Source of the DNA: Promethearchaeota archaeon
GTDB lineage: Archaea > Asgardarchaeota > Lokiarchaeia > Sigyniarchaeales > SOKP01
Length of the DNA stretch: 32,579 nt
NCBI GenBank assembly: GCA_016839765.1
Contig: JAEOTP010000031.1
Location: 1 to 32,579 of the forward strand
Direction: 5' to 3'
The notes under the pieces were generated by a model. It saw only the letters and a list, made by a program, of their open reading frames with translations, did no database searches and had not been told where the DNA came from. The first letter of the stretch is position 1, and each line of letters opens with the position of its first letter. Below, one piece after another: positions 27,795 through 32,579 of this stretch. A program made the position numbers and the translations under genes.

Positions 27795-29030
27795 TTAAAA
27801 AAAGCTTCTAAAAACCTCTTCTGCCTTAATTTTTCTATGATCTCGTCTTTTTTGACTTGAGGTTTTATTTAATAAAGCTTCATTACAAATTTTTTTACCA
27901 ATATTTACTTTTGGATTATTTGCCCAGTTAACATCTAATAGAAGGCAAAGATTATACACAGTACTCTGAATAAAAGCAATTAATTGTCCAATTTTTAAAG
28001 CATTTGGAGTTTCTAATGAAATTTTCGCTGATGGAACACCTTGCTCTATTAAAGCCTGAAAAGTTGCATCTGCTTGATAGCCTACAATTGATTGTGCTGT
28101 TTGTCCATGGATATAATCAATACTAGATTCTAATGTTAAATCTAATAATTCGTTTTCTACAGTCCAAATAATAGGAATTACAATACCCTTTGTTCCACCA
28201 AGAAGATATTCTAATACTGAGTGTTGGCATAAAGGTGCCGATTGATATGCTCCCATTAAACCTCGTTCATTTTTCCCACTACTTTCAGAGATTTCTTGTA
28301 CAAAAAGACCTATAGATCCTTCAAGATTTATAGAGTATGGCATAGAGAATAAAATTCTATATCCCTTATTATATAGTTTGAATAGAAAGGCGGAAAACTC
28401 TGTGCTAGGATTTAAATCATATTTCATGAATAAATCGTAACTTTTTTCTAAGCCTTTTAAAAAGCTATTAATGTCAATACCGGCTAGATATGCAGGGACG
28501 ATAGCAACATTAGATATAGATGCCGCAAATCTTCCTGCTAAATCAGGAACATCAAGAATAGGACAATTAATCTTTTTTAAAATCTTATTCATAGTACCCT
28601 TAGATGATAAACCTAGGAAATTATATCCTTTTTTTATAAATGTCCCAATAGTGGAATTAATATCTAAAGTTTCACCTCCTCGGGATATTGGAATAACTAT
28701 TGAATTTTTTGGTGTTGTACTTTCCAAACATAAATTTAACTCTACTGCTCGAGAGCTAGTTATAGGATATATTTTTTTTTTGGATAAATGCTTTAATGCC
28801 AATAATGTTTGTATAGATCCTCCTGTACCTAAAATGATAACATTTTGAATATTGTCGATATTAAGAGAATCAAGTACTGATTTAATCTTATCCAAGTTAA
28901 TAAAAGTTTTTGTATCTACGAAAAAAGGAGAATCCCAATTCTCTTTTCTTTCAGCAATACTATTGATTATTTCCTCTATTTGTGCATTATTAAGTTTTGG
29001 ATAATACTCTAATTCAATATCTTTACCCAT
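27795..29030 (-). CDS. pgi: Divergent glucose-6-phosphate isomerase-like (double SIS) protein
   Basis: LGTGGS, ISRGGET, AGRFA, QEISESSGK, CQHS and NNPKVNIGK correspond to the PGI motifs GIGGS, SKSGxT, GGRYS, QLxxESxGK, DQHS and DQPGVExGK. Confidence 0.72.
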   Translation of the reverse strand: MGKDIELEYYPKLNNAQIEEIINSIAERKENWDSPFFVDTKTFINLDKIKSVLDSLNIDNIQNVIILGTGGSIQTLLALKHLSKKKIYPITSSRAVELNLCLESTTPKNSIVIPISRGGETLDINSTIGTFIKKGYNFLGLSSKGTMNKILKKINCPILDVPDLAGRFAASISNVAIVPAYLAGIDINSFLKGLEKSYDLFMKYDLNPSTEFSAFLFKLYNKGYRILFSMPYSINLEGSIGLFVQEISESSGKNERGLMGAYQSAPLCQHSVLEYLLGGTKGIVIPIIWTVENELLDLTLESSIDYIHGQTAQSIVGYQADATFQALIEQGVPSAKISLETPNALKIGQLIAFIQSTVYNLCLLLDVNWANNPKVNIGKKICNEALLNKTSSQKRRDHRKIKAEEVFRSFF

Positions 29031-29243
29031 TTTTTAATCACGTTAATTTACTAATCAGATTTTATCTTTAAATATTAAAATTCTTTTCTTCTTTGATTAT
29101 ATTTTCTATTTTTTAAGTTTTGGATAACTAAAAATTGAAAAATTAGAAGTCTATTTTATTTAAAATATGTTTCCTCGTATTTATACCATAATTAATTTCC
29201 TATATTTAAATTACACTAAATTTTAAACTATAAGTGATATTTT

Positions 29244-30497
29244 ATGGCAAAAGCTAGCGAAATAAAAAATGAGGATAGTATTGAGATTGTTGAAGCTTAT
29301 TATTGCACAGAATGTAAAAGAAATCATACTAAAGGAAAGATTTATAAAGAACATCTTCAATTTGCAAAAATTGAAAACGATGGAGAAGAAATTACTGAAG
29401 ATGATGAATTAGAATTGAATAAAGATGATTACAGTGAACAAGAAGAAATAGATTTGGCAGAAGAAATAGAAGATACAGATTTAGAAGAAGATATAGAATT
29501 TGAGGAAGATGACGATTTTGATATTGGAGAAAAAATTCTTAATGATGATGTTCAAAATTGTGTTGAAGCTGTAAAAAAGCTCCCGGGAGTGGGAGAAGCT
29601 ACACTTAAAAAGCTAATTAAAGCAGGTTTTAATAGTCTTGAATCTATAGCATATACACCTCCTAGTATTATCCAAGAAGAATCTGGATTAGGAGATAAGA
29701 CTACAGTGAGATTAATCAAAGCATCAATGGAAAAATTGAATATTGGATTTAAGTCTGCTGAAGATGTTTGGGAACATAGAAAAAATATTGCTCGAATTTC
29801 AACAGGGAGTCAAGAACTTGACGATTTGTTAGGAGGCGGGCTAGAAACAGGGTGTGTAACAGAATTTTTTGGAGAATTTAGAACTGGGAAAACTCAAATT
29901 ATGCATCAATTATGTGTAAATGTTCAACTATCCAGAGAAAAAGGAGGCCTTGAAGGTAATGCTTTATATATTGATACAGAAGGCACTTTTAGGCCGGAAA
30001 GAATAATTCAAATGTCTGAGGCTCTTGACCTTGATCATAAGAAAGTATTGAAAAATATTGTCTTTGGTCGAGCTTATAATTCAGATCATCAAATTCTTTT
30101 GATTAAAGAAGCTGCAAATCTGATTAAAGAAAGGAATATCAAAGTAATAGTAGTTGATTCTTTAATTGGGCATTTTAGAAGTGAATATATAGGGAGAGGT
30201 ACCCTAGCAAACCGTCAACAATTAATTAATTCACATTTACATGATCTATTAAGATTAGCAGATATTCATCCAGAACTGGGAATAGTTGTTACAAATCAAG
30301 TTCAATCAAAACCAGATGTCTTCTATGGAAATCCCTTACAGGCAACAGGTGGCAATGTGGTGGCACATGGCTCCACTATTAGAATTTATTTAAGGAAGGG
30401 AAAAGGAGAGCAAAGAGTTGCCAAGATGGTTGATGCTCCTCATCTTCCTGAGGGAGAAGCTGTATTTAGTATTACAGAAAATGGTATATCAGATTAA
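29244..30497 (+). CDS. radA: DNA repair and recombination protein RadA (Rad51/DMC1-like) with about 100-aa N-terminal extension
   Basis: HhH LPGVG; polymerisation motif FKSA; STGS-LD-LLGGG; Walker [10 protein letters not shown]; [12 protein letters not shown]; Walker B VIVVDS; GRG-L-RQ; TNQV. Confidence 0.96.
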   Translation: MAKASEIKNEDSIEIVEAYYCTECKRNHTKGKIYKEHLQFAKIENDGEEITEDDELELNKDDYSEQEEIDLAEEIEDTDLEEDIEFEEDDDFDIGEKILNDDVQNCVEAVKKLPGVGEATLKKLIKAGFNSLESIAYTPPSIIQEESGLGDKTTVRLIKASMEKLNIGFKSAEDVWEHRKNIARISTGSQELDDLLGGGLETGCVTEFFGEFRTGKTQIMHQLCVNVQLSREKGGLEGNALYIDTEGTFRPERIIQMSEALDLDHKKVLKNIVFGRAYNSDHQILLIKEAANLIKERNIKVIVVDSLIGHFRSEYIGRGTLANRQQLINSHLHDLLRLADIHPELGIVVTNQVQSKPDVFYGNPLQATGGNVVAHGSTIRIYLRKGKGEQRVAKMVDAPHLPEGEAVFSITENGISD

Positions 30498-30587
30498 AAT
30501 TCTATAATTTTTAATTTAAGATAAATTAATGTTTTAATTCTAATTTTTTTAAAAAAAAAGTAATAGAAATAATAAAAATTATTAGGA

Positions 30588-32579
30588 TTATTTCAATTTT
30601 TCATATTCATTTGCTTTGTTAGTTAATCTTTTTACCTCTTTTGTCATATCCGTAACTCCTAATTTAAATATCTCAGATGCAATTTTAGAGGCTTGTTTGT
30701 ATTTCTGAGCCGCTTCGAGATAATTTTTCTTTTTCACTGCAAGTTTAGCTTCATTTTCAAATTGTTTTTTCTTAAGTGTTAGATCTTCTATCTTGGTTTT
30801 ACGAGTTAATTCTTCTAACTGCATAAATTCTTTAGATAACTCCCAGTTTGAAGCGATCAATGCAGCCTCTTGGAAGATTTCAATGGATTTTAGATAATTT
30901 TTCTTACTTTTTGCCTTTTTAGCTCGATTAAATAACTCCTTTATCCCGTTTTTAGCTTCTTTCTTATTGGCTATTTCAACGGTTCCAATTTTTGATTTAA
31001 TAGGAGCAGAAACTATTTTATGGCGCTCAGTAATACTAGAAAGATAAGCTTCTCTTTCAACAGGACCCACTTGTGCCAAATCGTTTACTAACTTTTGTTT
31101 TTCTTCAGATGAGAGCGTAGTTAGTTGTGAAACCTTTTGATTAATTAGGTTTATCTCTTGTTGTGAAATTGGTTGTGCTTCAAGTGCGGAAATTTCAATA
31201 GGAATTAACATCTTCTTATCCCTTAATTCTTTAATTCCCATAAAAATTTCAGCAGTATCTTTATTCGTTCTTTCTGAAGCCTCTTTTAATAATGTGGCTA
31301 TAAAAAAGAATTGCCTATCAGCTTCTTCGCAACAAGAATGAGCTATTTTTAATACCTCTTTCGAATGGGGATTCTTGAGCTCCTTAATACTCGAAAAATC
31401 ATATGATATTTGATGTGGTAAAATTATAGATGTACTTAATAGATCGTCAACTATTTGACCAGAATTTCTAAAGTGAGCCAATTGACCCCTCCAATTAGGT
31501 AAAACATCTTTATATGTCTTTTCAAATACATTAATAAATTCCTTTAAGTTTCTTCGAAGGATTAATGAGGCTTTTTTAGTTAGGACTAATGCAATTCTGA
31601 TATATTCACCATCAGCCAAAAGCAGCATTTTATCTCCATATGAAATTTCATTTAAAGCTTCTTGAGCAACCATTTCTCTACCAAATGAAGAAACAGCCGT
31701 TAAAAATCCACCTATCAATTCTGGGTCAATCTGTTCTGATCCATATGATTTAAAGTATACACAAGTTCCAGTCTCTTTGTATAATACTAAAATGTGTTCT
31801 AAATTGATTGCATCATCAAAAATTGTTTTAACTTCATTTAGAATTCGAGCTTTCTCTCTCTTTTTTGGAGCAATAACGCCTCGATGAATAGCTACAGCTG
31901 CAACAATTCCAATTACTACAATTGCGGCTATTATTATATAGGGTAGTAATTCTTTCAAACTTAGACCAGAAGGCGGTATTATATTAATATCTGAAATTTC
32001 ACGAGAAAATTCTTGATGATTATAGGCACTACTTAATTGAATTGTTAAATTCAATGTACTAGTATCACTATAGGTTGGAATTGTAAATTCTACTTCTCCA
32101 GTGCTATTGGTGGAATAGGGGCCTAAAATTGTGCCTGCTGCGCCATTATAGTATGGAGTTATTGTTATACTTGAACCATTAATTGGTACCCAATCAGAAC
32201 CATTGAAATATTCTGCCTTGATAACAATTGTGAATGGAAGTCCTGCATTTACACTATCGGGCACTACTGCTGTTAAATTAGCTTGATATCTGTCTATTAC
32301 CGTTAGATTAAACATAAAATAAACTTCTTCATAATTCAGTTTGTTAATAGTAATATTTAATTCGTAATTTCCTATTGTTAATGCTGGATTTGAGGTGGTA
32401 ATAGATCCTCTATGATTTTGGGATATGATCTGAAATGAGTTGGCAAGTGTACCATTATCTCCTGTATTAATATTTCTATAGTAGACCGTATAAATATCTG
32501 CCAAAGTTGATACTAATTGATTATTATTCTCCAAATCGGTTATATTGAACTCAACAGTGATATCACTTCCTTCAAAAAT
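30588..32579 (-). CDS. Large single-pass membrane glycoprotein with cytoplasmic longin-like domain and C-terminal helical (MIT/TPR-like) repeats; 5' truncated
   Basis: The frame stays open to the window end (IFEGSDITVEFNITD precedes the called TTG). Beta-rich region with NxS/T sequons, TM LLPYIIIAAIVVIGIVAAVAI, basic KKREKAR, and longin-like ILVLYKETGTCVY...IDPELIGGFLTAVSSF. Confidence 0.8.
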   Translation of the reverse strand: MFEGSDITVEFNITDLENNNQLVSTLADIYTVYYRNINTGDNGTLANSFQIISQNHRGSITTSNPALTIGNYELNITINKLNYEEVYFMFNLTVIDRYQANLTAVVPDSVNAGLPFTIVIKAEYFNGSDWVPINGSSITITPYYNGAAGTILGPYSTNSTGEVEFTIPTYSDTSTLNLTIQLSSAYNHQEFSREISDINIIPPSGLSLKELLPYIIIAAIVVIGIVAAVAIHRGVIAPKKREKARILNEVKTIFDDAINLEHILVLYKETGTCVYFKSYGSEQIDPELIGGFLTAVSSFGREMVAQEALNEISYGDKMLLLADGEYIRIALVLTKKASLILRRNLKEFINVFEKTYKDVLPNWRGQLAHFRNSGQIVDDLLSTSIILPHQISYDFSSIKELKNPHSKEVLKIAHSCCEEADRQFFFIATLLKEASERTNKDTAEIFMGIKELRDKKMLIPIEISALEAQPISQQEINLINQKVSQLTTLSSEEKQKLVNDLAQVGPVEREAYLSSITERHKIVSAPIKSKIGTVEIANKKEAKNGIKELFNRAKKAKSKKNYLKSIEIFQEAALIASNWELSKEFMQLEELTRKTKIEDLTLKKKQFENEAKLAVKKKNYLEAAQKYKQASKIASEIFKLGVTDMTKEVKRLTNKANEYEKLK

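Noticed and set aside
27777-27860. Selenocysteine read-through at TGA stops (aspartate kinase; also the ATP-grasp gene at 18184-18186)
   Set aside because: Both proteins are complete at the TGA, read-through runs into an opposing gene, and I saw no SECIS-like hairpin.
96-28848. Other short antisense or overlapping ORFs (96-278, 10781-11002, 12924-13118, 14573-14776, 15369-15596, 19902-20180, 20562-20774, 23048-23245, 25030-25251, 25807-26031, 26224-26421, 26741-26926, 27065-27424, 28471-28848)
   Set aside because: They overlap well-supported genes on the other strand and have no recognisable motifs.
29860-29910. Intein at the RadA Walker A site as the explanation for the extra length
   Set aside because: Walker A and the following sequence are contiguous; the extra length is all N-terminal.

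Overview
This is an AT-rich (roughly 30% GC by eye), gene-dense archaeal chromosomal segment, most likely from an Asgard archaeon (Lokiarchaeia/Promethearchaeota). That call is inferred from a eukaryote-like Vps29, a Rad51/DMC1-like RadA, a 23-aa LRR protein, an SCP2-like protein and a longin-domain membrane protein. There are 27 CDS, two truncated at the window edges. Order: ppdK 3' end, tyrS, vps29-like gene, SAM methyltransferase; an SCP2 / Fe-ADH / LRR / aldehyde:ferredoxin oxidoreductase block; histidine utilisation (hutU-hutH-hutI plus a convergent formiminotransferase); a U32-family Fe-S protein; an 8-gene glycosylation cluster (flippase-like, GT2, ATP-grasp, NDP-sugar epimerase, methyltransferase, Gfo/Idh/MocA dehydrogenase, DegT aminotransferase, PIG-M-like GT-C); LarA, dCMP deaminase, aspartate kinase, divergent PGI, radA, and a large single-pass glycoprotein. 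I saw no rRNA, tRNA, CRISPR array or transposase. The best candidates for undescribed biology are: (1) a receptor-like membrane protein with a glycosylated ectodomain and cytoplasmic longin, winged-helix and tandem MIT/TPR-like modules; (2) an Arn/Gtr-like lipid-linked amino-sugar transfer system ending in a PIG-M-like GT-C enzyme; (3) a RadA with an N-terminal CCHH zinc finger and a very acidic, possibly DNA-mimicking tract. All family calls come from motif recognition by eye; no searches were run.
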